Shown here one piece after another: positions 25,700 through 39,299 of a stretch of DNA of 64,000 nucleotides. Each line of letters begins with the position of its first letter. Within the stretch, counting starts at the first letter, position 1. The notes under the pieces are model-generated. The model worked only from the letters and a program-made list of their open reading frames with translations, was not told the DNA's origin and did not search any database. A program made the translations under genes and the position numbers. The DNA comes from Octopus sinensis (Eukaryota), in the NCBI RefSeq assembly GCF_006345805.1, contig NC_042997.1:206460001-206524000 (forward strand), in the 5' to 3' direction.

Positions 25700-27640
25700 T
25701 AAAGTGAAAGGTTTTGGAGTGACATCTGGAGCAAAGACAAGGAGCACAAGAAGGATGCTGAATGGCTGCAAGAACTGAAACGAACAGTAGTCTGTTCAAA
25801 ACAGGCTGAACTAGTCATTTCAGTTAGGGAAATGAAAGAAATCAGCAAAAAAATTAGCAACTGGAAGGCCCCAGGACCAGATGGAGTTTAAAGCTACTGG
25901 AACAAAAGTTTTGGTGAATGTCATGCCCGAATAGTTGTGCAACTCAACACTTGGTCAAATGCTGACTAAGTAATACCAGAGTGGTTGACATTGGGTAGGA
26001 CAGTGCTGTGCCTGAAAAACATCGAAAAAGGCAATACAGTAGACAATTACAGGCTGATATCCACTTACATGGGAATTATTGACTGGAATACTCCCAGAGT
26101 TATTATATATGAACATCTGGCAAAAAATGGAGTCCTGCCACATGAGCAGAAGGGTTGCAAGCGTAAGTGCAGAGGTACCAAGGATCAACTCCTGATAGAC
26201 GAAACTGTACTTAGAGACTGCAAGAGGAGGAAAAGTAACTTAGCTATGTCATGGATTGACTATCGTAAGGTGTACGATATGATTCCCACATTCTTGGATT
26301 ATGGAGTGTATGAACCTATTTGGTATTGCATCGAATGTTGAGCGATTGGTTGGAAAAAGTATGGCGAATTGGAGGATGGACCTGACAGCATACAGAAGAA
26401 GTTTAGGGTCAGTAGAAATTAGGAGGGGCATCTTCCAAGGGGACTGCTTGTCCCCACTGATATTTGTACTGTGCTTGATACCACTAACACTGATTCTGAG
26501 GAAAGCAAAGGCTGGGTATGTATTCAAAAGCCGCCAACAAAATGTCAACCATTTGTTATTCATGGATGACCTCAAATTTTATGGTAAAGATGAAGCCCAA
26601 GTCAGTTCCCTTGTTGATAGGGTGTATAATTTCAGTGCTGATATCAGAATGGAGTTCAGATTGAGAAAGTGTGGTGTGTTAGTCTTGAGGTGAGGCAAAA
26701 TCAAATGTATGGATGAGCTATCGATACCGTCGGGGGATGTTATGAAGCAGATAGAAGAGACAGGCTATAAGTTCTTGGGTATTTTGGAAATGGATAAATT
26801 GATGGAAAAAGAAATGACAGAAAAATTTAGGGAGGAGTACTTGCACAGACTGAGCCTGATCCTTAAGTCGAAATTAAACTGACGGAATAAGATTGCAGCT
26901 ATCAACACCTGGGCAGTTTCACTCCTTAGATATGGAGCAAGAGTAATCGCATGGACAGTAAACAAACTAAACAGCTTAGACAGAGATACAAGGACATTGC
27001 TAACTAGATATGGGGCACTCCATGCAAAAAGTGACACAGACAGACTGTATGTAGCAAGAAAAAGAGGGGTAAGAGGACCTATTGGATGCAAACACAGCAT
27101 TAGAGCAGAAAAAAACAACATAGCATGGTATGTAAAAAATGCCACAGAATAGCTAATATTAAAAGTAGGAAGGTCAGGCTTGTGTAGGATGAAAGATTGC
27201 AAAGATAAAGCACTGTACAAGAAATTGAAAACGAATGAAACTGAAAATAGGTGGGTAAAAAAAAAATGCATGGACAATTTCAAGGGATGTTGAAGATAAG
27301 ACAGACAGAGAAAAATGATGGCTGTGGATGACTAAAAGTGATTTAAAACCAAAAACGAAGATACTAATCTGTGCTGCCCAAGAGCAAGCACTAAGAACAA
27401 ATTACATCAAATACAGAATAGACAACACATCAGAAAGTGGTAAGCGCAGAATCTGTGGACAAAATGGTGAAACCGTATGGCATATTACCAGCCAATGTAC
27501 ACCACTAGCCCAGAAGAAATATATGAGACACCATGACAATATAGCCAGGCTTGTCCATTGGACACTTTGCAACAAGTATGGATTTCGTAGTAAAGATTGT
27601 TTGCCAACATAACATGGCAGTCCTGGTTTAGGACTAATGT
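25700..27640 (+). mobile_element. R4/Dong-type LINE (family B), internal RT to CCHC, degraded
   Basis: [41 protein letters not shown]...HDNIARLVHW. Confidence 0.9.
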
Positions 27641-27669
27641 TACTGTAATTTAGTCCCAGGAGATATTGT

Positions 27670-28806
27670 CTCCAGCTGGCTATACGACACAATCTGATGA
27701 GATACAGTTTAGATTTGTGTCAGGCAAGAGCACAAATGATGCTATATTCATAGTTAGGCAATTTAGGAGAAATAACAAGCCAAAGATAAACCTCTGTATC
27801 TGGCTTTTGTTGACATGGAGAAAGCCTTTGACAGGGTCCCCCACTCCCTTATCTGGTGGTCAATGCAGAAGCCAAAGATAGATGAGTGGTTGGTGAGTGC
27901 TGTACAAGACATGTACATGGATGCTATGGGTAAAGTGAAGGTTAGAAACAAGTATAGCCAAGAATTCAGGGTAAAAGTAGGGGTTCACTAATGATCAGTC
28001 CCCAGCTCCCTCTTGTTCATCATAGTCCTCCAGGCAATAACAGAGGAATTTAAAATGGGCTGCCCCTGGGAGTTTCTCTATACCGATGACATTCTTCATA
28101 TAGCTGAATCACTACCTGAACTAGAGAAGAAATTTCAAGTGTGGGAGCAAAGTCTTGAATCAAAGGCCTTAGAGTGAATTTTGCAAGAACCAAAGTCTTA
28201 GCATATAGAAGAGCAGACAAATCACAAACCTCTTCAGGTAGATGGTTCTGCTCAATCTATAGAAATGGTGTAGGTAAAAACTCCATAAAATGTACCCAAT
28301 GCACGTTGTGGGGCACATAAGAGGTGCAGCAATATCAGAGGAAGTTTAACAGGGAAATCAGTTTTTGTGTCTGGCAGAATCACAGGTAGAGTTAATACTA
28401 AAATTGTACAGAAAATAGACTCCATCAAATTCCAGGGGGGTAGACTAGAAGTAGCTGATAACATCCATTACTTAGGTGACCAGTTTGGTAGTGGGAGTGG
28501 AAGCTCTGAGAGCATAGCTGTGAGAATACGAATAGGCTGGGCCCCTACCTCTGCTAGCAACAAAGGGCCTCTCTCAGTGAAAGGCAGATTTATGAAGCCT
28601 GTGTGTGAACAGCCATGCTACATGGCAGCAAAACATGGGCTATAACAGCCAAGGAAATGTGTAAGCTAGAGAGAAATGAAGCCTGTATGCTTTGCTGGAT
28701 GTGCAATGTCAGTGTGCATGTTCGACAGAGTGTAAACGTCTTGAGAAAAAACTTAACCATAAGAAGCATCAGATGTGGTGTGCAAGAGATACGACTGTGC
28801 TGGTAA
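27670..28806 (+). mobile_element. Degraded RTE LINE (RT to C-terminus)
   Basis: QFRFVSGKSTNDAIF, EKAFDRV, MLHGSKTWAITAK...QEIRLCW. Confidence 0.85.
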
Positions 28807-29094
28807 GACAGTATATATAGCATTGAAGTAAAGCACTGTTGACATACCAGTAATTCACTGGGATTTACTCAAAGCCAGTCTGTTTCAACAGAAATGTTCT
28901 TCTTTTGGTTTTAATCAGTTTTGAAAATAATGAGGAATTAAGTAAAATCAGTTTGTCATTATTAAGCTGGTGTTTGGACACAACATGGAATCTTGATACC
29001 AAATTCAATTCCTTGAATAATTTTTTACTGTTACATAGAAAATCAATTATGTCTTTGATTGAGTGATGATAAATTATTTGTTTACTTCTAACAG

Positions 29095-29149
29095 AAATTT
29101 CATGAATATTTCCAAGGAAACACAACAGGTGATTCAACTGCATCATCAG
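29095..29149 (+). CDS. PARP14: PARP14/15-like copy B, 55-nt exon (phase 0 to 1)
   Basis: Acceptor TTACTTCTAACAG, donor GTAAAT; KFHEYFQGNTTGDSTASS. Same length and phase as 25208-25154 with 8/18 identical aa, and the upstream intron is also homologous. Confidence 0.7.
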
Positions 29150-29289
29150 GTAAATACTTTCTTTTTATTTATCTTAAATTTTATTTAGGAAAAAACTAGT
29201 GTCTCTTTTCATCATCATCGTCGTCGTCGTCGTCACCATCTTCGTCGTCATCGCCATTGTCATCATCATCATCATCATCATCATTATTC

Positions 29290-29460
29290 AGAAAGTGAGC
29301 TGGCAGAATCATTAGCATATTGGGCATTTTGTCTGTCTTAACATTCTGAGTTCAAATTCCACCTTTCATCCTTTCAGGGACAATGGAATAAGTACCAGTT
29401 ATTCACTGGGGTCAGTGTAATCAAGAATCCCCTCCTCCAAAACTTCAGGCCTTGTGCCTT
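29290..29460 (+). mobile_element. Degraded tRNA-derived SINE
   Basis: GAGCTGGCAGAATCATTAGC...GAGTTCAAATTCC...AAGTACCAGTT, homologous to 23436-23660. Confidence 0.7.
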
Positions 29461-29492
29461 TAATAACAAAGAGTATTATTTTTATTATTATT

Positions 29493-30043
29493 GAGTGAGA
29501 GAGCAATGCATGCCATCAAAGTGACAGTGGGGTACAAATATACAAAGTCCAGTATACCCATCATGACTACCTGTCTGATAAGTGTACACCAGGCCCATAC
29601 ATCACAACCATATGTGTGTGACATTGTGATCTCATAACAAGATAAACAGTGTATGACCTTGCAGGTGGGGCTCAGACTTTCTTGTCATATCGAAGAGCCC
29701 ATCCCGCTCAAAAGATCCCTGAATAGGGGGTGTTTAAAGGAGTTGAATGAAACACCCATGTTTCCGAAAGTGAATAATCCAAACCCCAAAGAATCCCTCT
29801 CAACACATGGCTATGATGGTCCCCCACTACTTCTGCTCCTGATCAGAGATGCACATATCGTCAGCCACTAAGGGACATGCTCAACTGGTTAAGGTCAAAC
29901 AACTGACAAGCAAATCTGTGGTATTGAGCAGAATATTTGCTGTAACCCATCTTTTATACCAAGGCAAAACAATGTACATGATAACACTTCCAATCAGTTA
30001 AGATCAGAAGCCATGAGAACCACTGCCTGTTACTGCATCAGAG

Positions 30044-30047
<4 letters not shown>
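29493..30047 (-). mobile_element. ~550-bp non-coding (AAT)n-tailed retroelement, copy 3
   Basis: Full-length homology to copies 1, 2 and 4; its 5' end abuts the (AAT)n tail of the R4 at 30085. Confidence 0.88.
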
Positions 30048-30084
<37 letters not shown>

Positions 30085-30085
<1 letters not shown>

Positions 30086-30995
30086 CTAATTTTATTTTTA
30101 TTCACTAGCTTTATTTTTATAGCGTGCTTTCATTTCACTACCGAGCGCAGCTCTGTGCACCTTGGGTATGTGCTGTGATTTGTTGTGATGCTCTGATGGT
30201 TACCATATTGAAAGTGTTCTGTGTAGGATGTGTGCAGTGCCTAGTAGTGCAATTTTCTGTATGTTATATGTGTTTGTAAGTCCTGGTGTTTTTGTTATGT
30301 ATTTGTCTGAATATTTTTTTATCATACCTAATGCGTTAGGAAGGGCATCCAGCCGTAGAAACACTGCCAGATTTGACTGGGCCTGATGAAGCCTTCTGGC
30401 TTCACAGACCTCAGTAGAACCGTCCCACCCATGCTAGCATGGAAAGCAGACGCTAAACGATGATGATGATGATGATGAATGCGCCTACTATGATAGGAAT
30501 TGTTTCTGTTTTTAGATTCTACATTCTGGTACCTCTATTTCCAGGTCTTTGTCTTTTGAAAGTTTCTCCATTTCTTTTAGAGACACGTTGTTATCTGCCG
30601 GTATTGATGCGTCAATTAGAAAGCATTTTTTTCTTCATGATCTCTGACAACTGTATCTGGCCTCTTATCCTTAATTTCTCTCTCTGTGTGTATTGGCATA
30701 TCCCAGAGTATGGTTGCTTTCTTGTTTTCTGTGACCTTTTCTGGTGTGTGCCTATACCATCTTTTTTCTGTTGTTATTCCATAGTGTTGGCATAGCTTCC
30801 AGTATATGTAGGTCCCAACACTGTCGTGTCTGTGAATATATTCCTTCTTAGCCAGGACTGGGCAGCTAGAGATAATATGATTTATTGTTTCTTGTCCATC
30901 TCCACATATTCTGCAGTTACTTGTTATGTTTGTTTCCATTATATGTTTTTGGTAATTTCTCGTGGGGAGGCTTTGGTCTTGTGCTGCAATAAAAA
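30085..30995 (-). mobile_element. R4/Dong-type (family A) 3' fragment, with an RTE tail inserted at ~30333-30477
   Basis: CRICGDGQETINHIISSC...WDMPIHT; the RTE tail is flanked by AATGCG on both sides (likely TSD). Confidence 0.88.
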
Positions 30996-31010
30996 ATCCA
31001 TCATCATCAT

Positions 31011-31047
<37 letters not shown>

Positions 31048-31119
31048 CCATCTTTTTCTTCTTCTTCTTCTTCTTCTTCTTCTTCTTCTTCTTCTTCTTC
31101 TTCTTCTTCTTCTTCTTCT

Positions 31120-34100
31120 TCTTTCAATTTCATTTCCATTCCTTGCCAAGTGTCTTCCTAACATCTAGGACAAAAAAGTTCACTTTGTACATGTGGTAGG
31201 CCATTAAAATAAACATACCATTTACAAAGTCATATTAAAAAGGGGAAAGAAGAAAAAAAAAGTAAACAAGGAAAATAAAAGGAAAAAGGAAATAAAATTC
31301 ACAGTGGCAATTCTCTTCTCAGTGTCTATGATATGGCAGTTAAAATAATTTTAACAAAAATTTTAAAAATAAACAAAGAAAACAAAAGGGAAAAAAAGTA
31401 AAGAAAATTCACAGCAACGATGCTCTTCTCAATACGTGAGACCAGTTACCAGTTAAGACAATCTTTTGCACTTCCTGCATGGATGATAATCCAGAGATCG
31501 TTCTTAAATAATTTTCAGTTCCTTTTGTGATCATTCCAAGTGCTCCTACAGTCACTGGTATTGTAGCCATCTTGAGATGCCACATCTTTTTGATTTCAAT
31601 CAGCAGATCTTTATATTTTCTGAGCTTATCAAATTGTTTTGCTGAGATATCATAGACACAAAGTACGCTCACATCAATCAATAAACAGACTTATTGTTTT
31701 GGTCTTTGACAACAATTTCTGGTTTATTAGCTTTGATGGTCACATCTGTACATACTGCGAAGTCCCAAAGAATCGTTACATTTTCTCCCTCTCTAACAGC
31801 CTCAGGGTGGTGCCTGTACCATTTGTCAGCAATTTTGATTTTATGATACTGATACATTATCCAAAGTAGATATTGGTCGGCACTTTCATTTTTTGATTTA
31901 TACTCTACAGGTGCTAAATCCTTACACCCAGAGATTAGGTGGTCCACTGTTTCAATCCCATCCTTACAGTATAGGCACTTTTAGTCTAAACAATTTTTCA
32001 TCACATTGGCTTGATAGTTCTGCGTCAATAAGTTCTGATCTTGGGTAGCCAAGATAAAGCCTTCACTCTCTGCCTTTAGCCCTGAGCTCCCTAGCTACTG
32101 ATGGGTGTGCTTCTGGTCTACATCAGCTTGTTTGCTATGGGCCACATATTTGCCATGCAGAGGTTTTTGTTCCCACCTATCAACCAATTGTTCAAATGCA
32201 TTTTGCTTTGCTATTGATTTCACCTTCTTTGCAACTACAGTTACTGCATTTCCATTATGCTGTTCAGCCTGGGTATTCTGCATAAACCCATTTGAAAAGT
32301 TTTTACTCTCCTTCATAACAGAATGTAGTTTCTTACCTCTTTCTTGGTCTTCAATGAGATTTAGCTTCCCGTTGTTCGATTTTTGGCCAGTCCAGTCGTG
32401 ATGGTTTTGTAGGAGATTTCAAATTGAACCAAGCCTCGACTTCTTTGAGCTCTTGGTACGTAAAGACGATCTGCATCTGCATTTGAGTGGCGCATCTTTT
32501 TGCAAGTCAGCAGCTCATGGATTTTCCTGTCAATCTTCCTTATTTCACTCATATTCCAGTTCAACACATTGAAACTGTAATTAACTACAGGAACTGCTAA
32601 GGATTTCATAGCTAACACTTTGTTATTTGCATTTAACTTGGATTTTAGGACTGCTTGAACTCACCTTTACCATTCCTTCTCTTTCATTCTTGCATGCTGA
32701 ATGCCAGAACCCTCATTTATTCCAAGGTATTTGTCTGTTCCTGCTCGAGTTCTTCTATGACTGTGGCAACATCCAACTCCACTGAATGTGAGGTCTTCAG
32801 TTTTCCTTTCTGGAAAGTGACCTTGGCACACTTATCAAAACCAAATTCCATCCCGATGTCCTTACTAAATGCTTTCACAGTATGTAGCAGTCCTTCAAGC
32901 TCATTATCGTCTTTGCCATAGAGTTTTAAGTCATCCACATAAAATAGATGACTTGTTTTCTTGTTCCCAATTTAATATTCATACCCTGTTCTGTTAAATT
33001 CATTTGTAATGAGTATTAGGGCTATGCAGAAAATTGAAGGTGAAAGTGAGTCACCTTGGAAAATGCTACAGTTGATATTAATATCTTTTGTGGTCAGAAC
33101 TCCATCAGAGTGGTATAACTGGAGATTTGTATTCCACATTGACATGTTGTGCCTCAGGAAATGTGAGGAATTTGGAAGATATCCAGCGATTTCAAGATCC
33201 ATGAATGCAGCATGCTGTCAAAGGCCCTTTTTATAATCAATCCATGCAGAACTGAGATTTCTGCATTTGCTATGACAGTTCCTCAAAGGCCATGCTATTC
33301 ATTAAAAGTTGGTCTTTGCATCCATATGAGCCTTGTCGGCACCCTTTTTGTTCAGTGGGGAAAATATCATTCTGTTCCATAAATTTGTATGTTTTTCTCC
33401 ATGAGGATGGATGTTAAAATTTTATACATGTCATGGGTGGATAGTCTTGGGGAAAGTTGGTTCCATTATTCTTCAGGAGAAGGTAAGTAATACCTCTTGC
33501 TAACCAGTCAGGTGTTTTTGCAGAATCTCTCATAATTTTATTGAATATCTGGACTAACTCTTCCTGTGCGCATAAGAGCAAGACAAGTCAGAAATTTGGT
33601 ACCATACCATTACCAGGGGATTTCCACTTATGGGCTTTCATGAGTGTCATCCTTAGGTCTGCTATTGTCTTCCCATGCTTGTTCTGGTAAATTTTGGTAC
33701 GATCCTTCTGTGTCTAATCCAGTCTGCATTTTAATTGTAACTCTTTTCATCATTCTAGATATTTTTCCAGAAGTCTTCAACTTCTTCAATGGCAGTGGAG
33801 GTCTTCAATGGTTATTCTCTCTTTGCCTATTTCTTTGTGGAATGTTTATGCATTGGATGTGAACAGCTTATTTTCTATGTAAAATTTGTTTTTCTCAAAT
33901 CTTCATTTGCTTGGATTCTTTTGTTGCAGTGTTTCTTTTGCTGAAAGCAGTTCTTCTCTTGGTGAGAATCTTTGTTTTCTCTTCATCTTTCTTCCTTTTC
34001 TGGTTTTTACATCGTTTCCACAGATTAATTCATTCAATATTGATATTTCATTTCTCTTTATTTCAATCTCTTTTTCAATTTTACTTTTCCAGTTTGGAAT

Positions 34101-34330
34101 TCTTCTCAGGTTTGTATTTCTTGGTTTTTCTCAGAGGCATACAACTGGTTTCAATTGTCTTAGCAGCTGCATAAATCATTTCATTTAATTCAGTGAGATC
34201 TGGTTTTATATTTTATATTTCATTTCTCTTTATTTCAATCTCTTTTTCAATTTTACTTTTCCAGTTTGGAATTCTTCTCAATTTGTATTTCTTCGTTTTT
34301 CTCAGAGGCATACAACTGGTTTCAACTGTC
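31120..34330 (-). mobile_element. R4/Dong-type (family C), degraded
   Basis: IFQGDSLSP, MDDLKLYGKD, MDHLISGCK, WDFAVCTDVTIKANKPEIVVKD; internal ~165-bp tandem duplication near 34040-34330. Confidence 0.88.
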
Positions 34331-34339
34331 TTATTATTA

Positions 34340-36256
34340 TTTGTTATTATTTTTTCCTTCTTTCTTCAAATTTTCTTCTGTTTCTCGCCGAGTGTTTTCT
34401 GTACACCTAGGGCAGAGAAGCTCATTGTATGCATTCCCAGATTACCCACGCAAATTCACAGGTAAAATATGTATTTAAAAAATTAATAGATAAATAAATC
34501 CCTCAATGGATGTTGTTTACACAGTGATAGTGCTCTTCTCAATACATGAGCCATTCCAGTTAATACGATTTTTTGCACTTCCTTGTAGGGATGGTAAGCC
34601 TGGAATCATTTTCAAATAGGTTTCAGTACCTTTTTTTATCATTCCTAGAGATCCTACAATCACTAGTACTGTAGTCGCCTAGGAGATGCCACATTTTTTC
34701 AATTTCTATTAGTAAGTCTTTATATTTACTAATCTTGTCAAATTCTTTTGCTGCTATATTGTGATCGCAAGGAATACTCATGTCAATTAATAAACACATC
34801 CTTTTTGTCTGCTCTTTTATAATAATATCAGGTTTATTAGCTTTTATAGTTTTGTCGGTATTTACGGGATGTCCCATAGAATCGACACATTTTCTCCCTC
34901 AGTCACAGCTTCAGGATGGTGTTTATACCATTTGTCAGCGGTTTTGATTTTATAATGCCGACATATTGTCCAATGTAAATACTGGCCGACTCTGTCATGT
35001 CTTGCTTTATATTCTACAGGTGCTAAGACTCTACACCCTGAGATTAGGTGGTCTATAGTTTCAATCTCATTGTTACAGAATCGGCATTTTGGATCGGCTC
35101 CATTTTTTGTCACATTGGCTTGGTAGTTCCGGGTTAATATGCATTGGTCTTGAGCAGCTAATATTAAACCTTCACTCTCTGATTTTAGCCCTGAGCTTCG
35201 TAACCATTGGTGTGTATGTTTCTGGTTGACATCAGCTTGTTTGCTATGGGCCACATACTTGCCATGGAGAGGTTTCTGTTCCCATCTGCTAGCTAAATTT
35301 TCATGTGCTTTTGTCTTTGCAATTAATTTTATTTTCTTTGCAGCTGCAGTTGGCACATTTCCTTCAGCCTGATCAATCTGGTGGGTATCTAAGAGATCAG
35401 TAGTGAATTTTTTGCTCTCTTTGAGAATAGAGTGAAGTTTTTTTCAGTCTTTCATGTTTTTCAACAAGTTTTAGCATCCAATCGTTGGTTGCTTCAAGGT
35501 ATTTGGCCAGTTCGATTGTGGTGGTTTTGTACATAAGTTCAAGCTGGATCAAACCTCGACCTCCCTGAGCTCTGGGAAGGTAAAGATGATCCACATCTGC
35601 CTTTGGATGGTGCATCTTATTACAAGTCAGTAGCTTGCGGATTTTTCTGTCAATTTTCATTATTTCACTGGTATTCCAGTTAAGCACATTGAAGCTATAT
35701 AGAACAACTGGTACTGCTAAGGAATTTATGGCTAACACCTTATTATATGCATTCAGCTCAGATTTCAGGACTGCTCGAACTCTTCTATGACATTCCTTCC
35801 TAACCTTCTCTTTCATGTTTGCATGCTGGATACCAGAGCCTTCATTTATTCCTAGGTATTTATAGGTTTGTTCCTGCTCAAGTTCCTTTATTACTATTTC
35901 GACATCTAATTCGATTGAACTAGACTTTACCAATTTCCCTTTCTTAAAAGTGGCTTTGTCACACTTTTCAAGGCCAAACTCCATCCCGATATCATCACTG
36001 AATCCTTTCACAGTATGTAATAATGCTTCAAGCTCTTCATCATCTTTGCCATATAGCTTTGAGTCATCCATATAAAATAGATGGCTTATTTTTCTGTTGT
36101 CAATTTTGTAGCCATATCCTGTTCTATTCAGTTCACTTGAGAGTGGTATTGGTGCTACGTAGAAAATTAGTGGTGCAAGTGAGTCACCTTGAAAAATGCC
36201 ACAGTTTATGCTAATATTGTTTGAGTGCAATACTCCATTAGAATGATATAATTGGA
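34340..36256 (-). mobile_element. R4/Dong-type (family C), 5'-truncated
   Basis: ORFs 35397-36404, 34862-35356 and 34623-34877 give RT C-terminus, CRFCNNEIETIDHLISGC and RLE. Confidence 0.92.
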
Positions 36257-36300
<44 letters not shown>

Positions 36301-36301
<1 letters not shown>

Positions 36302-36443
36302 GTGAGTGAACAGTGCATGGCATCAAAGTGACACTGGGGTTAAATATATGAAGCCCAGTATACCTATTATGACTACCTGTCTGATTAGGGTACACCAGGC
36401 ACATGCATTACAACCATATGTGTGCAAAAAGGTGATCTCATAG
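36301..36443 (-). mobile_element. 5'-truncated copy of the ~550-bp element
   Basis: Only the tail-proximal ~140 bp are present; (ATT)n at 36257-36300. Confidence 0.8.
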
Positions 36444-36569
36444 AAATAATACATTTCTAAATCTCTCAGAGAGAAATTTATGCAGTATCAGCACAATAAA
36501 GTGATATGTTGTCAACTTAATGTGACAGTCCCATAAAAGGGAAGAATGCTACTGTTCCTAGGGCTAAAT

Positions 36570-39292
36570 AACAGTGCTCCACCCTTATTGCAGCCCCTAT
36601 TTGTTCCATGTACTTCTCGAGATTTTTACTTACTGTTCCCAGGGCTCTGACAATTATTGGTACTACTGCTACCTTTTTCATTGACCACAACTGCTTAACT
36701 TCCCAAGCTAACCTGTCATACCTCTCAACTTTTCTTTCTTCCTTATTGCATACCTTGTTGTAAGCTGGACATACTATATCTATGATCCAGCATTGTTTTA
36801 TTTTTCTTTCTCAATTAAGACTATGTCCGGCTTCCTATTCTCTAACTCATGGTCGCATTCAATCATAAAATCCCATAGGATCTGTGTATTACTATTTTCA
36901 ACAATGCCTTCAGGTTTGTGGTTGTACCAATTTTTGCTCTGTCAAGTCCATACTTGTTGCAAAGTGTCCAATGGACAAGCCTGGCTATATTGTCATGGTG
37001 TCTCATATATTTCTTCTGGGCTAGGGGTGTACATTGGCTGGTAATATGCCATATGGTTTCACCGTCTTGTCCACAGATTCTGCACTTATCACTTTCTGCT
37101 GTGTTGTCTATTCTGTATTTTATGCAGTTTGTTCTTAGTGCTTGCTCTTGGGCAGCACAAATTAGAGCCCCCATTTCCGATTTTAAATCCCTTTTAGTCA
37201 TCCACAGCCATCTTTTTTCTCTGTCTGTTTTATCTTCGACATCCCTATGAAATTGACCATGCATTCTTTTCTTTACCTATTTTCAGTTTCATTCGTTTTC
37301 AATTTCTTGTATAGTGCTTTATCTTTGCAACCTTTCATCCTACACAAGCCTGACCTTCTTACTTCTAGTAATAGCGGTTCTGTGGCATTTTTTATATACC
37401 ACACTATGTTGTTTTCTTCTGCTCTAATGCTGTGTTCACATCCAATAAGTCCTCTTCCCCATATTTTTCTTGGTACATACCGTCTGTCTGTGTTACATTT
37501 TGGGTGGAGTGTCCCATATCTAGTTAGATACTTCTTTGTCTTTCTGTCTAAGCTATTTAGTTCATCTACTGCCCATGCGATTACACCTGCTCCATATCTA
37601 AGGAGTGAAACCACCCAGGTGTTCATAGCTTTGATCTTATTTCGTCCATTTAATTTCAACTTAAGGATCAGTCTCAGTCTGCATAAGTACTCCACCTTAA
37701 ATTTTTCTGTCATTTCTTTCTCCATCAATTTATCCATTTCTAAAATACCCAAGAACTCTTCTATCTGCTTCATAACCCACCCTGACAGAATCACAAGCCT
37801 GTCCATACATTTGATTTTGCCTCTCTTCATGACTAACACACCACACTTTCTCAATCTGAACTCCATTCTGATATCAGCACTGAAATTATACACCCTATCA
37901 ACAAGGGAACTGACTTGGGCTTCATCTTTACCATAAAATTTGAGGTCATCCATGAACAACAAATGGTTAACATTTTCTTGGCAGCTTTTGAATACATACC
38001 CAGCTTTTGCTTTCCTCGGAATCAGTGTTAGTGGTATCATGAACAGTACAAAGATCAGCGGGGACAGGCAGTCCCCTTGGAAGATGCCCCTCCTAATTTC
38101 TACTGACCCTAAACTTCTTCTGTAAGCTGTCAGTTCCGTCCTCCAATTCGGCATACTTTCTCCAAGCAATTGCTCAACATTTGATGAAATTCCAAACAGG
38201 TTCATACACTCCATAATCCAAGAATGTGGGATCATATCATATGCCTTATGATAATAGATCCATGACATGGCTAAGTTACTTTTCCTCCTCTTGCAGTCTC
38301 TGAGTACAGTTTTGTCTATCAGGAGTTGATCCTTGATATCTCTGCACTTATACTTGCAACCCTTCTGCTCATGTAGCAGGACTCCATTTTTTTCCAGATG
38401 TTCATACATTGACTCTGGGAGTATTCCAGTCAATAATTCCCACATAAGTGGATATCAGCCTGTAATTGTCTACTGTATTGCCTTCTTCAATGTTTTTCAG
38501 GCACAGCACTGTCCTACCCAATGTCAACCACTCTGGTGTCATTTGGTCGACATTTAAGAAGGCGTTGAGTTGTCAGCTATTCGTGCATGACATTCACCAA
38601 ATCTTTCGATCCAGTAGCCTTGAACTCCATCTGGTCCCGGGGCCTTCCAGTTGCTCATATTTTGCTGATTTCCTTCTCTTCCCTAACTGAAATGGAAAGT
38701 TCTGCCTGTTTTCGACAGACTACTGTTTGTTTCAGTTCTTCCAACCATTCAGCATCCTTCTTGTGTTCCTTGTCTTTGCTCCAGATGTCACTCCAAAACC
38801 TTTCACTTTCAATGTTATCTGGTATCAACATTTCATCTGTACACTCTCCATTTATTTCTTTATAGAATCTCTTCTGATCTACTCTGAATAACATATTCTG
38901 TTGGTAACCCTTCATTCTTTGGTCGTATCTTACCCTCTTTGCTTTCTTGGCAATGAGGTGCTGTTTCAGTTCCTCCACTACTACTTTCAGGCCCTTTCTT
39001 TCAATATTATACTTCCTTTTCAGCGCCCTCTATTTTTGTTTGCATTTAAGCTCCCTTTTCTCTTTTCGGTCTAACACAGAGATTTCCTTCGACAGCATGT
39101 CTAACCCTGCCAGGATCCTTCTTTTCCACCATGGATCTTTTCTTTTGTCACTCCCATTGTGTTTCTTTTTCTGGTCATGATATTGATACCCACATTTTCT
39201 GCTGCAACAATGCTTGCTGCCTTGATCAAATTATTTGTTTCTGTGATGTTGTTTGTTCTGATGTATTTCAGAATGTCACTGACATTTTTTGT
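36570..39292 (-). mobile_element. R4/Dong-type (family B), 5'-truncated
   Basis: The 390-aa ORF 37273-38445 contains RT ([19 protein letters not shown]); CRICGQDGETIWHITSQC follows. Confidence 0.92.
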
Positions 39293-39299
39293 ATCATTA

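Noticed and set aside
35397-36404. 335-aa ORF with a novel N-terminus and poly-Asn
   Set aside because: Read-through from the 550-bp element and its (AAT)n tail into a truncated R4 RT.
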